From a virus (Duplodnaviria > Caudoviricetes): a stretch of 64,000 bases of DNA. The position numbers and the translations under genes are program-made. Location: the IMG/VR virus record IMGVR_UViG_3300010163_003659, positions 1-64,000 of that record; one strand, 5' to 3'. Shown here one piece after another: positions 1 through 10,080 of the stretch (position 1 is its first letter; every line of letters starts with the position of its first letter). Under the pieces are notes generated by a model that saw only the letters and a program-made list of their open reading frames with translations, did not search any database and was not told where the DNA came from.

Positions 1-1098
1 ATGGCGAATAAAAAAGAAACGGCTGTCCCGAATGTATCTGTTGGCGTAGATACGGGACAACCGCTTAATGTAAACAATAACAGTATAACCAATTACCCGC
101 CGAAAAACAATAGCAAAGTCCTTGAAACGGTTTCTATGGCAGAATTGTATGATTCTGTATATCCGAGCAAGCCGCCCTTGATTGACGGTCTGCTCTACCC
201 TGGGACTTATCTATTCGTAGGTGCGCCGAAGCTTGGAAAGAGCTTCCTAATGGCGCAGATTGCCTACCATATCAGTATGGGTGTGCCGCTGTGGGAATAT
301 CCCGCCCGAAAAGGAACGGTCTTGTACCTTGCCCTTGAAGATGATTACCGCCGCCTGCAGGAAAGGCTGTACCGTATGTTTGGAACGGATGGGGCAGACA
401 GTTTATTCTTTTCTGTTTCGGCGGGTAATCTTGGAAACGGATTGGATGAACAGTTGCAGGAATTTATGAAACAGCATACCGATACAAAACTGATTATTAT
501 TGACACGCTCCAAAAGGTGCGGGAAGTCGGCGGGGACAATTACAGTTACGCAAACGACTATGAAATAATTACAAGGCTGAAACAGTTTGCAGACAGCTAT
601 GGCATCTGTCTTCTGCTTGTCCATCATACCAGAAAGCAGGGTTCTGATGATAAATTCGATATGATTTCGGGGACTACTGGCTTGCTCGGTGCAGCTGACG
701 GTGCGTTCCTGTTGCAGAAAGAGAAACGTATCGGCAACGCCGCCACGCTTGAAGTGTCGGGCAGAGACCAGCAAGAGCAGAAACTCTATCTTCTCCGCAA
801 TCCCGAAACATTGTTATGGGATTTTCAAAAGGCAGAAACAGAGCTTTGGAAAGAGCCGTCAGAGCCTTTACTTGAGGAAATAGATAAAAGGATTACTGCT
901 GATTGCCCCTTGTGGCAGGGGACAGCGACGGAGCTTGCGGCTTGGCTGGAAACAGAGCTGCAGCCGAACAGCCTTGCACGGAAACTGAATGTCCTGTCGG
1001 GACGTTTAATCAACGAATACGGTATTTTTTATAGGCGGGAGAGGTGTCATGAGGGACGGATGATAAAACTGTACCGTGGGGAGCGTGACGGTATGTGA
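1..1098 (+). CDS. AAA_25 / RepA-type helicase-like ATPase
   Basis: Walker A GAPKLGKS, LYLALED, Walker B LIIIDTL, LLVHHTRK. Confidence 0.8.
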   Translation: MANKKETAVPNVSVGVDTGQPLNVNNNSITNYPPKNNSKVLETVSMAELYDSVYPSKPPLIDGLLYPGTYLFVGAPKLGKSFLMAQIAYHISMGVPLWEYPARKGTVLYLALEDDYRRLQERLYRMFGTDGADSLFFSVSAGNLGNGLDEQLQEFMKQHTDTKLIIIDTLQKVREVGGDNYSYANDYEIITRLKQFADSYGICLLLVHHTRKQGSDDKFDMISGTTGLLGAADGAFLLQKEKRIGNAATLEVSGRDQQEQKLYLLRNPETLLWDFQKAETELWKEPSEPLLEEIDKRITADCPLWQGTATELAAWLETELQPNSLARKLNVLSGRLINEYGIFYRRERCHEGRMIKLYRGERDGM

Positions 1099-1167
1099 CG
1101 GTGTGACGGTATTTTTAGGAGCGGGGTGCGGTATTGGAATAACCGTCACATCGACGCAAACCGTCAC
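1085..1167. repeat. GTGACGGT iteron-like repeats (3 direct, 2 inverted)
   Basis: GTGACGGT at 1085, 1095, 1103; ACCGTCAC at 1142, 1160; lies between rep-like gene and mob, likely replication origin. Confidence 0.6.
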
Positions 1168-1288
1168 GGATAAAGTTTTTGCGGGGTGCAGGGGGCTTTT
1201 TACAAAAAGCCGCCCTCGCCCCTCGGAGAGCGCAAAACCTGCTTGCAGGTTGCATTTTTGTTGGTGTAGCTGACAAAAGTGCTTTTGC

Positions 1289-1308
1289 GTTACTTTCGGG
1301 AAAGTAAC
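1289..1308. promoter_or_regulatory. MOBV-type oriT-like inverted repeat
   Basis: GTTACTTTC-GG-GAAAGTAAC perfect hairpin immediately upstream of the relaxase gene. Confidence 0.55.
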
Positions 1309-1364
1309 AAAGCCTACCAGACGAAAAGAAAGGGCGTGATTTTATAAGACGGACGATTAGCGCA

Positions 1365-2522
1365 ATGGTGGGGAAAGGCTCGGTTAACCATAACAGCCGT
1401 AAGTTCAAAGCGGAGAATGTTGACGGAGAACGGTCACACTTCAATGTAAACTACTGTAATGAGAATATCAAGAAAGTGTATCATAAGCTATTTGATGAAG
1501 CGTTGCAAAGATATAATGAAAAGCAGACGAGAGCAGACCGCCGTATTGCCGATTATTACGAGAAAATACGGAACTCAAAGCAGGAAAAGCCGTTCCATGA
1601 GATGATTTTGCAGATTGGGGATAAGGAAAATATGGGCGCAGGAAGTGAAAACGGACAGCTTGCAAGGCAGATTTTAGATGAATATTATCATGGATTCCAA
1701 GAACGAAACCCTAATCTCTATGTATTTTCTGCTCATATCCATATGGACGAAGCAACGCCGCATCTGCATATTGACTTTGTTCCGTTCAAGACTGGCAGCA
1801 AGCGTGGGCTTGATACAAGGGTATCTCTAAAACAGGCGTTAGCGGCGCAGGGCTTCAAAGGCGGCTCCCGTGGCGATACGGAGTGGAGCCAGTGGGTACA
1901 GTCCGAAAAAGAAAACCTTGCCGCTGTGATGGAGCGGCATGGCATTGAATGGGAGCATAAAGGCACACATGAGAAGCATTTATCTGTCCTTGATTATAAA
2001 AAGCAGGAGCGGGAAAAAGAGATTGTCCAGCTTGAGGGGCAGATTTCGGAGAAAAAAGAGGAATTTCAAATATTGTCTGACAGGGTGGAGAATTACGACA
2101 AAGGCATGGAAAATCTAAAAACTCTGGAACAGATGCTTGATACTTCTCCAGAATACCAGTTGCCAGAGCCGCAGGGGTTGATGTCGGCGAAGTCGTATAA
2201 GAATAGAGTGGCAGAACCTTTGGTGCAAAAGCTGAAATCGCTTGTTAAAACGGCACTTGTAAGGTGTTTTGAAGCGTGGGACAGCTACTATCGGCTGAAT
2301 GTCACAAACAGCAATCTCCACCGTGAGAATGAGGGATTAAGGAGAACCAATGAGAAACTGGCAGGGCAAAATGAAAACCTTCGTGCGGAAAACAAAGATT
2401 ATAAGCTTCTCCGTAAGGCATTTGGAGGTAAGCAGATGGACAGCCTTTTGGAGCAAGCAAAAGCGGTGCAGAAGTCAAAACAGCGAGGGAAACACTTAAA
2501 AAACAACAAAGAGGAAAGGTAG
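1365..2522 (+). CDS. Plasmid recombination enzyme / MobV relaxase
   Basis: HNSR motif at N-terminus, AHIHMDEATPHLHIDF (HxDExxPHxH), C-terminal coiled coil. Confidence 0.9.
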   Translation: MVGKGSVNHNSRKFKAENVDGERSHFNVNYCNENIKKVYHKLFDEALQRYNEKQTRADRRIADYYEKIRNSKQEKPFHEMILQIGDKENMGAGSENGQLARQILDEYYHGFQERNPNLYVFSAHIHMDEATPHLHIDFVPFKTGSKRGLDTRVSLKQALAAQGFKGGSRGDTEWSQWVQSEKENLAAVMERHGIEWEHKGTHEKHLSVLDYKKQEREKEIVQLEGQISEKKEEFQILSDRVENYDKGMENLKTLEQMLDTSPEYQLPEPQGLMSAKSYKNRVAEPLVQKLKSLVKTALVRCFEAWDSYYRLNVTNSNLHRENEGLRRTNEKLAGQNENLRAENKDYKLLRKAFGGKQMDSLLEQAKAVQKSKQRGKHLKNNKEER

Positions 2523-2530
2523 GAAACATT

Positions 2531-2908
2531 ATGGAAAACAGGATTTATGGCGAAAATAACGGTCTTTGGTATGCAAGGCAAGGCGACTATTACCTTCCAG
2601 AGCTTTCATTACCTCCCGAAGAAGAAAAGCCGATAGGCTTATGGGGGCAACGTCATTTGCAGTACCTTAAAGAGCATGAGCAGTTCGTTTATCTCAATCT
2701 GCTGACAAGCGGCAGGCTGAATGAATATCTGGCAAGTGTGGATGAACAGGCAGAGGATATGTTTTTTCGGCTGGTAAAGGAATATGCCGACAGGCAGGGA
2801 GTGACGGAACAGTTAAAGGAAAAAAATCAGCTTTTATGGGTTCAAAAAATGAATATTATTCGGGCTTGTGTGAGGGAGATTGTAGAAGAAATAATTTATG
2901 TACAATAG
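2531..2908 (+). CDS. tnpV: TnpV family protein
   Basis: GDYYLP...IGLWGQRHLQYLKE...GVTEQLK...WVQKMN signature. Confidence 0.85.
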   Translation: MENRIYGENNGLWYARQGDYYLPELSLPPEEEKPIGLWGQRHLQYLKEHEQFVYLNLLTSGRLNEYLASVDEQAEDMFFRLVKEYADRQGVTEQLKEKNQLLWVQKMNIIRACVREIVEEIIYVQ

Positions 2909-3029
2909 AAAAATGGCACTTCTGCATAGTGTGGAAGTGCCGTATTTCCAATTTCTGCTTGACGGACTATCCAAAATGGATTATCATAAAGTTATAAAAA
3001 TTATAACTTGTGGAAGGAAGAGGAAAAAC

Positions 3030-3368
3030 ATGAGTGATGATTTAATGAGAAAGAAATCAAACAATATTTTAACTGCAATAAATGGTTTAATTACTGATGT
3101 TGGTTTAAATGATGTAAAAACAACTTTTGATTCAAAAACTGGAATCGCAAGCGTTATAGGAAATAAAGATGGTTTCCAATACACTACAACACTTACAAAA
3201 CATATGAATGGAGTAGTGCAGACAACAACACAATTTGCTACAAATTTGGGAAAAGAGGCACTAATTTCGCAAATTAAAGCCCTAAGAAAACAAGGATATA
3301 AGCAACAGCAGATAGCAGATATGCTCAAAATTTCTCAAGCAACAGTGAGTAAATATTTGCGAAAATAA
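3030..3368 (+). CDS. Protein with C-terminal HTH
   Basis: LRKQGYKQQQIADMLKISQATVSKYL; RBS AGGA before ATG 3030. Confidence 0.7.
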   Translation: MSDDLMRKKSNNILTAINGLITDVGLNDVKTTFDSKTGIASVIGNKDGFQYTTTLTKHMNGVVQTTTQFATNLGKEALISQIKALRKQGYKQQQIADMLKISQATVSKYLRK

Positions 3369-3390
3369 TTGTAAAAGAGGGATAAAGATA

Positions 3391-3786
3391 GTGAAAAATT
3401 TGAAACTGAATGAAAATATGGGACAAGTCGTGGAGGCTCATGGATATGAACTTGATGCGACAGAAAGGTATGTTATTAATATTGAGCGTGAACTAAGTGA
3501 ACAATCAGCAATTATGACAGCGATACAGACTATTGGATTGCCTGCATTAAAAGATTATCATAAATGGTTGATGGATAATGGATTTGATGCCAATATGCCT
3601 AATCCTACGAATTGTTTTGTTTCCGCATTTTATGGAGTGAAAGCTTTGTGGAAAACGGATTTATCGCAAGGTATTGTTGTAAGGGCAGAAAATGAAGATG
3701 ATTACTTTATTGTTATAGAGTGTAGTCGATTAAATGAAGGATTTAAATATACCCAAATAATTTTGACGTTGGGTGGGTGTTTGTAA
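3391..3786 (+). CDS. Hypothetical protein
   Basis: ORF with GAGG RBS in cargo operon. Confidence 0.6.
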   Translation: MKNLKLNENMGQVVEAHGYELDATERYVINIERELSEQSAIMTAIQTIGLPALKDYHKWLMDNGFDANMPNPTNCFVSAFYGVKALWKTDLSQGIVVRAENEDDYFIVIECSRLNEGFKYTQIILTLGGCL

Positions 3787-3822
3787 TTGTATACCATTCG
3801 TATGATAGAGGAGGGAATTTCG

Positions 3823-4613
3823 ATGTATTCTGTTACTAAACGTATTAGTATGGTAAAACAACCATATGGAGGATATCTCAATAAAAAACAATTTGATATT
3901 ACTACTATTGATGATGAGAAAATATTGAATGAAACAGAAAATATTCATGCTTCATTAATAGGTCTTGTGGTAGATTATTTAACTCGTTTTATGATGGGAA
4001 CAACGGTAGAAAAAGCTTTCAAAATTTCATTACAAGGTGCAATGTGTCTTGATTTGTTTTTAAATAGCGCAACTGATAAAAAGGGGCTAGCTTTAAAAAA
4101 TGCCAAGAAACTCTTGAAAGGTATAAAAGGACTTGACGATGAATCGGTTAGTAATGCCTGTAAATTAGTTGGTTACGATGTTTGTTTTGGGCAGGTATAA
4201 TAGGCTATAAACCAGTAGAAGAAATTAATCCTAATAGTGATACCATTGGAAATATTGTGATTAGGGTTAATCGATGTTTGACTTTTTGGAAAGAATATGG
4301 TCCCATTATTAAAGATGGATTTACTTTTGAGGGAGGTTATACGGATATAGTATCATCGGGAGATGGGGATTATTTAACAAAGGATACACTGTGGGATTTT
4401 AAGGTGTCAAAAGACGAGCCTAAAAGTAAATATACACTACAGTTGCTAATGTATTATATTATGGGATGCCATTCAATACATCCTGAGTTTGAGAAAATAG
4501 AAAAACTGGGAATATTTAATCCAAGAAAAAATAAGGTTTATATAGCAAATACATCTTCGATTAGTCCTGAAATAATTGAGAAAGTTTCTCAAGAGGTTAT
4601 TGGATATAAATAA
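3823..4613 (+). pseudogene. Frameshifted PD-(D/E)XK-like nuclease gene
   Basis: Two overlapping ORFs (3787-4200, 4182-4613) with a frame change near 4188; second half has GDGDYL...WDFKVSK...LQLLMY. Confidence 0.6.
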
Positions 4614-4659
4614 CGAGTTTTTCCATAAAAATACTGTTAAAAAGGGAAAATATAATCAC

Positions 4660-5529
4660 ATGAAAAATATGAAAATTGACGCTAACGGAACAGAAATCAG
4701 AATAATGGGCGATGTTGTTAATGAGGACGCTTATATTTCACTGACAGATATTGCAAAATATAAAAATCCAGATAATGCGTTTATTGTGGTGGCAAACTGG
4801 ATGCGTAATCATTCCACAATTTCGTTTTTGGGTTTGTGGGAAAAAATTCACAATCCCAATTTTAAACCTATCGAATTCGATAGGTTTAAGACAGAGTCGG
4901 GAGATAATGCGTTTACGCTGACGCCGCAACAATGGATAAAAGCAACAGACGCAATCGGTATCGTATCAAAATCAGGACGATATGGAGGTACTTATGCTCA
5001 TACAGATATAGCCTTTGAGTTTGCGTCGTGGATTTCTCCAGAATTTAAGCTCTATATTATTAAGGACTATCAGCGGTTAAAGAAAGATGAAGCAAACCGA
5101 TTAGCGATTGGTTGGGATGCTAAGAGAGAACTTTCAAAAATAAATTATTGCATTCATACAGATGCAGTAAAAGAATTTCTGATAACACCAACATTATCCC
5201 CGCAGGAAATGGCATATACATACGCATCCGAAGCGGATATTCTTAATATGGCTTTGTTTGGTAAGACGGCGGCACAATGGAGAAACGAAAAGGGAATAAG
5301 CGGAAAAACACCTAATATCAGAGATTTTGCTTCGGCAGAGGAATTAGTTGTACTTATCAATCTGGAAGATACGAATGCAGATTTGATAAGACAGGAAGTG
5401 TCTAAAATCGAAAGGCTAAAAATATTAAGAGAAAAGGCGTATAGGCAGTTGGAACTTCTTAAAAAGAACCAAGACACGATTCAGTCGTTGAAGGAAAATT
5501 TGATTGAGGATTCAGGAAAGAATAATTAA
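4660..5529 (+). CDS. KilA-N domain protein
   Basis: YISLTDIAK...NWMRN...GRYGGTYAHTDIAFEFASWISPEF. Confidence 0.9.
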   Translation: MKNMKIDANGTEIRIMGDVVNEDAYISLTDIAKYKNPDNAFIVVANWMRNHSTISFLGLWEKIHNPNFKPIEFDRFKTESGDNAFTLTPQQWIKATDAIGIVSKSGRYGGTYAHTDIAFEFASWISPEFKLYIIKDYQRLKKDEANRLAIGWDAKRELSKINYCIHTDAVKEFLITPTLSPQEMAYTYASEADILNMALFGKTAAQWRNEKGISGKTPNIRDFASAEELVVLINLEDTNADLIRQEVSKIERLKILREKAYRQLELLKKNQDTIQSLKENLIEDSGKNN

Positions 5530-5591
5530 GATGTAAAGGAATTATATGATTATAAAAAGACCAGATAATTAATAATATAAGTGAGGTATAT

Positions 5592-6554
5592 ATGGGAATA
5601 GTACATTTTTTGAACGTAAATGAAGGGGATTGTATTTGGATAGAACATCCATCTGGGCACAATACTATAATTGATATATCCAATGGGCAAGAATTAGCTA
5701 ATATATTTGAAAATGCGGCTTTGTGTGGAAATCATAACCAAAAAAATTATCCTGTAAATCCAATAGAGTATTTGAAGGATAGAAATGTAAGTACAATTTT
5801 TAGATTTGTTCTAACACATCCTGATATGGATCATATGGATGGAATTAAAGAATTGTTTGATACATTTGAAGTTTTGAACTTTTGGGATACTGAAAATACG
5901 AAAGTGATGGATGATAATTCTTATTGGGGAAGGTATGATAAAGCAGATTGGGATTTTTATCAAGAAATTAGAACTTCATCCTCATCGCCTAAAGTTTTGA
6001 ATTTGTATGCAGGACAAAAAGGAAAATATTATAATCAAACAGAAGATGGTAAATCAGGGGCAGATGGATTATATTTGCTTGCACCTACAACGGAATTGGT
6101 AGCAGAGGCAAACAAATCAAAAGACTATAATGATTGTTCATATGTCATTTTATATAGAACAGGTAATAATAAAAAGATTATATTTGCTGGAGATTCAGCA
6201 AAAAAAACATGGGATTATATTTTAGAGAATTACGAAGAAGATGTAAAAGATATTGATGTTTTAATAGCTCCGCATCATGGTCGAAAAACAGGGGGGAATG
6301 ATGAATATTTAGATATATTAAACCCTAAATTAACATTATTTGGAAATGCGAAGAGCGAATATTTAGATTATTCATCCTGGAACAATAGAGGGTTAGAACA
6401 TATTACAAATAATCAAGCAAACTGTATTATTATTAATACCAATGATGAAGGTGGAATGGATATATATGTGACATATGAAGTATTTGCTAAAAAACGTAAT
6501 CCCTACACTTTTTATGATGAATCATATGGTGGTTGGTATATAATGACTATATAG
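5592..6554 (+). CDS. ComEC/Rec2-like metallo-beta-lactamase-fold hydrolase
   Basis: FLNVNEGDC, LTHPDMDHMDG (HxDxDH), FAGD, APHHG. Confidence 0.85.
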   Translation: MGIVHFLNVNEGDCIWIEHPSGHNTIIDISNGQELANIFENAALCGNHNQKNYPVNPIEYLKDRNVSTIFRFVLTHPDMDHMDGIKELFDTFEVLNFWDTENTKVMDDNSYWGRYDKADWDFYQEIRTSSSSPKVLNLYAGQKGKYYNQTEDGKSGADGLYLLAPTTELVAEANKSKDYNDCSYVILYRTGNNKKIIFAGDSAKKTWDYILENYEEDVKDIDVLIAPHHGRKTGGNDEYLDILNPKLTLFGNAKSEYLDYSSWNNRGLEHITNNQANCIIINTNDEGGMDIYVTYEVFAKKRNPYTFYDESYGGWYIMTI

Positions 6555-6566
6555 GGGGATAATATT

Positions 6567-7100
6567 ATGGAGGAACTTTTAACACAGATAATTGAGAAAA
6601 TTTCGTCATATAATATTTTCAATAATTTATATCCTGGAATACTATTTATCTACTTGTTAAAATTTATGTTTAGAATAAATCTATTATCGGATAATTGGCT
6701 TGAGAATTTAGTAGTATTCTATTTTGTTGGTATGGTATTAAGTAGGATAGGATCAATCATAATTGAGCCAGTAATGAAAAAAATTAAATTAATAAAATAT
6801 GCACCTTATCAGAACTATGTAAAAGCAAGTAGTATTGAACCTTTAGTGGATACGCTGTCAGAAGTTAACAATACATATAGAACATTGCTATCTACTTTTA
6901 TATGCGCATTTTTGTTTAAATTAGGTACTAATATCAATAAGGTATGTCTAAAAAATGAGATTACTTTTTTACAAGAAAATAAGGATTGGATTCTCTTAAT
7001 TTTGTTAATTCTATTGTTTGCTTCCTCGTATGTTAAACAAACAACTTATGTACGAAAAAGAGTAGAGTCTGTATTGAAAAGAAAAAATGTTGACAATTAG
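6567..7100 (+). CDS. Multi-pass membrane protein
   Basis: About four hydrophobic segments; co-oriented 12 bp after the MBL gene. Confidence 0.75.
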   Translation: MEELLTQIIEKISSYNIFNNLYPGILFIYLLKFMFRINLLSDNWLENLVVFYFVGMVLSRIGSIIIEPVMKKIKLIKYAPYQNYVKASSIEPLVDTLSEVNNTYRTLLSTFICAFLFKLGTNINKVCLKNEITFLQENKDWILLILLILLFASSYVKQTTYVRKRVESVLKRKNVDN

Positions 7101-7262
7101 TGAAAACGTGTATTATCCGCAGTTACAGAGCCAGTGTTATCAACAGCGATAACAAAATGATAACATTAGCCCATATAGGCAGGATAATATGGATATATCA
7201 AATAATCAAAAGATTTACATACTCAACAGAGAATAATTACTAAATAAAATTGATTAGTATTT

Positions 7263-7277
7263 ATCGAGTTCGAATAG
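7263..7277 (+). other. Putative att junction: guaA 3'-end-like duplication (IEFE*)
   Basis: ATCGAGTTCGAATAG, flanked on the left by GATAACA repeats (7135 inverted, 7148, 7159) and on the right by TGATGTT repeats (7338, 7349). Confidence 0.5.
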
Positions 7278-7727
7278 CGGACATTTTGGTTGGAAATCCA
7301 TATTTTCTAGGTACTTCCAACCTTTATTTTTACTATGTGATGTTAATTTGATGTTGAAAATAGAGCCAGTTACTTTCATTACTCAAAAAATAGTTGCAAT
7401 GTTCGCACAAGTTATGTATAATAGACATTGTCGAGCGTTTATAAACTATTTGAAAAGATACGTTTGGTAACGTGTTCTGTTAATTGATAATAGACAAGCT
7501 TATTTGGGCACTGACTGCGTATGTTACGCATAAGTTAAAAATAAAGTACATATGCATAGTTGTGTGAAGAAATACATTGTTGCTAATTTAATCTAGGGTA
7601 TCCTAAATGGCAGATGGGTATTTTGTGATAAATTGTAACTTTTGTGAAAGAAAGAATTACTAGAGTGTATTGATAGAGTCATTTTTATCAAGCAGGATGA
7701 GAAAGTATGGAGAATAAAACATAAAAT

Positions 7728-8117
7728 GTGCGGAGGACAAAAATTATGGAGAATAAAAAACTAATAAGTGTGGCGCAGTGGACAATATATATTTTTTTGG
7801 TTATAATTGTATTATTACCGCTAGTATCATTATTTGTAAGTGTCTTGGCTCCCACTTTTTTTCCAAGTGCAGATATTAGTGGCTTTAAAGATTATATCGA
7901 TGCATTTGCCATTATACTGAGTTTTTTATCTGTAGCATTAGGAGGATTTTCTATTTGGCAATCTCATGAAAGTGGAAAACAAGCAAATAAAGTGCTTGAT
8001 TCTATTAATGATATAAAAATAAAACAAGATACTCTACTTGTAACATTGATGAGCACCAGTAATATTTCCTCCTCTGAAACTTTGGATAATTGGGTTCATG
8101 ATGATGTTACAAAATAA
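7728..8117 (+). CDS. Two-TM membrane protein (moron-like)
   Basis: Two hydrophobic segments; AT-rich; between putative attL and integrase. Confidence 0.65.
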   Translation: MRRTKIMENKKLISVAQWTIYIFLVIIVLLPLVSLFVSVLAPTFFPSADISGFKDYIDAFAIILSFLSVALGGFSIWQSHESGKQANKVLDSINDIKIKQDTLLVTLMSTSNISSSETLDNWVHDDVTK

Positions 8118-8125
8118 AAAAGGAG

Positions 8126-8629
8126 GTGGTATCTATGTGTATGAAATATATTAATGCTAATGCAACTTGTTATAAATCAGTAGTTATGGATGGGGACAAA
8201 ATTGTTTCGCTTAATGCCCCATTTGAAGTTATCAAGTCATCAAACGCAGAGGGGACGTTATTTATTGGGGATTTTTCCTTGGTAACACAAATTGATTTTT
8301 TAGGAACTAGCGATTCCGAGCATAAGCAAGCTAATCCTTTAGAGCAGAGAAGGACGATAGACTTCAAAATAAGACTCACAAGATGTTCTAAGGAGGAAGA
8401 GCGTCTTTGCGTTGATTTAGACAGTTTCTCAATTAATCTGTCAGAGATGTATAAAGATGGCAAATTTAGTACCGCATGCTTTGATTTTTTGAAATATACA
8501 CGGATAACTAACGTAAAAAAAATTAATCTTGATGGTGGTAATGGTAAATATGTTGTTAAAATATTAATTAAAGATTCTGAGGAAAAAGAGTATTCCATAC
8601 AGTCAATGACACAGTTAACTATAATGTAG
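8126..8629 (+). CDS. Hypothetical protein
   Basis: Strong AGGAGG RBS, followed by terminator. Confidence 0.65.
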   Translation: MVSMCMKYINANATCYKSVVMDGDKIVSLNAPFEVIKSSNAEGTLFIGDFSLVTQIDFLGTSDSEHKQANPLEQRRTIDFKIRLTRCSKEEERLCVDLDSFSINLSEMYKDGKFSTACFDFLKYTRITNVKKINLDGGNGKYVVKILIKDSEEKEYSIQSMTQLTIM

Positions 8630-8652
8630 TAAATTTCTGATGTTAAAAGTAG

Positions 8653-8680
8653 AAGGGAGTTGCTAAAGCGACTCCCTTTT
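8653..8680. terminator. Intrinsic terminator between convergent genes
   Basis: AAGGGAGTTGC-TAAA-GCGACTCCCTTTT. Confidence 0.7.
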
Positions 8681-8754
8681 AGATGCTGTATAAATGGAAG
8701 ATACGTTTTTCTCGTATATTTTAATGAAGTATATATCGTTAAAACGAATTTAAT

Positions 8755-9843
8755 TCACACATTTTCTGGTCTACGTAACTTATTCAATGTTTCAGCCAAC
8801 TGCTGATCCTTGTCAGGGTACAGATGGGAATAAGTATCTAGTGTGGTTTTTACGGACTCATGCCCCAGGCGTTCAGCAATTTCCAGAGGAGTAAAGCCCA
8901 TTTCTATAAGCATGCTTGCGTGTGAGTGTCTTAGGTCATGCACCCTTATAGGCGGCAGGCCTGCTTTTTCTGCAACTCTCTTAATTTCTTTATCCAGTGC
9001 AGATTTCGTGAAATAAAATATTCTGTCCCCTTTTTCAATGCCATAGAGTTTTGATACATATTCCTGAATATCATCATACAGAAAATCGGGTATGGATATG
9101 CATCTTTTAGCTTTTGGTGTCTTTGGTTCAAGAAATAGTTCCTCTCCTCTTATCTTCGCATAGTTCTTATTGATATCTACCCTTTTTGTAGGAAGAATAT
9201 CTGCAGGGGTAAGTGCCAGCAACTCCCCGGAACGCATACCAGTATAGAAAAGCACATCAAACGCAAGTTTGACGGATGATTTCTGTATTGCATTGGAAAA
9301 CTGCTCATATTGTTCCTGCGTCCAAATATGCATTTCATCAGCCTTGCTTTTTCCCATGCTACCGGCTGCCCTGCAGGGATTGGATGGAAGCTGGTAATGT
9401 GCCACGGCATAATTCATAAGGGCAGACAGTTGGTTATTGACAGTCTTAAGATATGTCTGTGAGAATGGTTTCCCTGTATCATCCCTGTATGAAATCAGTT
9501 CGTTCTGCCATTTGCGGACTTTGATGGTGTCAATATCACATACCTTCAGGTTCCCAAAATAGGGCAGCAGCTTTCCTTGTATGATGAAGCGTTTGTTTTC
9601 CATCGTTGTAGGTTTCAGGCGGTGTGATATATCCTCTAAATAGTTTTCTACAAGGGAAGAAAAAAGTATGTCACTTGTATTTTTTTCCTGATCCATAAAG
9701 GAGTATTCATATTCTTTGGCTTCACGCTGTGTCTTGAACCCACGTTTGCAGATATGCTTCTTCTTCCCGGTCCAGTCAGTGTAATAGAAATTGGCATACC
9801 ACATGGATTTGCCATTTTTTAGGGTGTATTTATAGGCTGGCAT
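8755..9843 (-). CDS. int: Prophage tyrosine integrase
   Basis: Arm-binding N-terminus (KRGFKTQREA), GMRSGE, HDLRHSH, RLGH, TYSHLY. Confidence 0.95.
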   Translation of the reverse strand: MPAYKYTLKNGKSMWYANFYYTDWTGKKKHICKRGFKTQREAKEYEYSFMDQEKNTSDILFSSLVENYLEDISHRLKPTTMENKRFIIQGKLLPYFGNLKVCDIDTIKVRKWQNELISYRDDTGKPFSQTYLKTVNNQLSALMNYAVAHYQLPSNPCRAAGSMGKSKADEMHIWTQEQYEQFSNAIQKSSVKLAFDVLFYTGMRSGELLALTPADILPTKRVDINKNYAKIRGEELFLEPKTPKAKRCISIPDFLYDDIQEYVSKLYGIEKGDRIFYFTKSALDKEIKRVAEKAGLPPIRVHDLRHSHASMLIEMGFTPLEIAERLGHESVKTTLDTYSHLYPDKDQQLAETLNKLRRPENV

Positions 9844-9897
9844 TGATTTTCCCCTCTTTAATGTTAATTTGTTATATTTAAAAGTTGCGATAATATG

Positions 9898-10080
9898 TTA
9901 TAATATGTTTAACAAGAGAGCCGAAGCTAGAGGATACCTAGCCCCCGGCAAAATAGTACTAAAATAGCGTCTTATCTTGTCAGGATGGGGACGCTGTTTT
10001 TCACGTATCAAAATAATCATAAGAGAAATTACTGCATACAACATAATTACAAATGCAAATAAATCACTGTATGTAACCAT
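9898..10080 (-). CDS. Holin-like type I toxin peptide with read-through extension
   Basis: MVTYSDLFAFVIMLYAVISLMIILIREK single TM peptide, AAAGGG RBS; overlapping hairpin 9961-10001. Confidence 0.55.
   Translation of the reverse strand: MVTYSDLFAFVIMLYAVISLMIILIREKQRPHPDKIRRYFSTILPGARYPLASALLLNIL

Larger units (their letters stand above)
1..7277. mobile_element. Right part of an integrative mobilisable element (RepA-like AAA, MobV relaxase, TnpV, cargo)
   Basis: AAA-RepA / oriT-like hairpin / Mob-Pre / TnpV gene order typical of Firmicute IMEs; AT-rich cargo follows; ends at att-like junction 7263-7277. Left end and integrase are outside the window. Confidence 0.7.

Noticed and set aside
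7255-7300. tRNA fragment (GTTCGAAT T-loop-like)
   Set aside because: No T-stem pairing or cloverleaf around it; better explained as a guaA-like 3' end.
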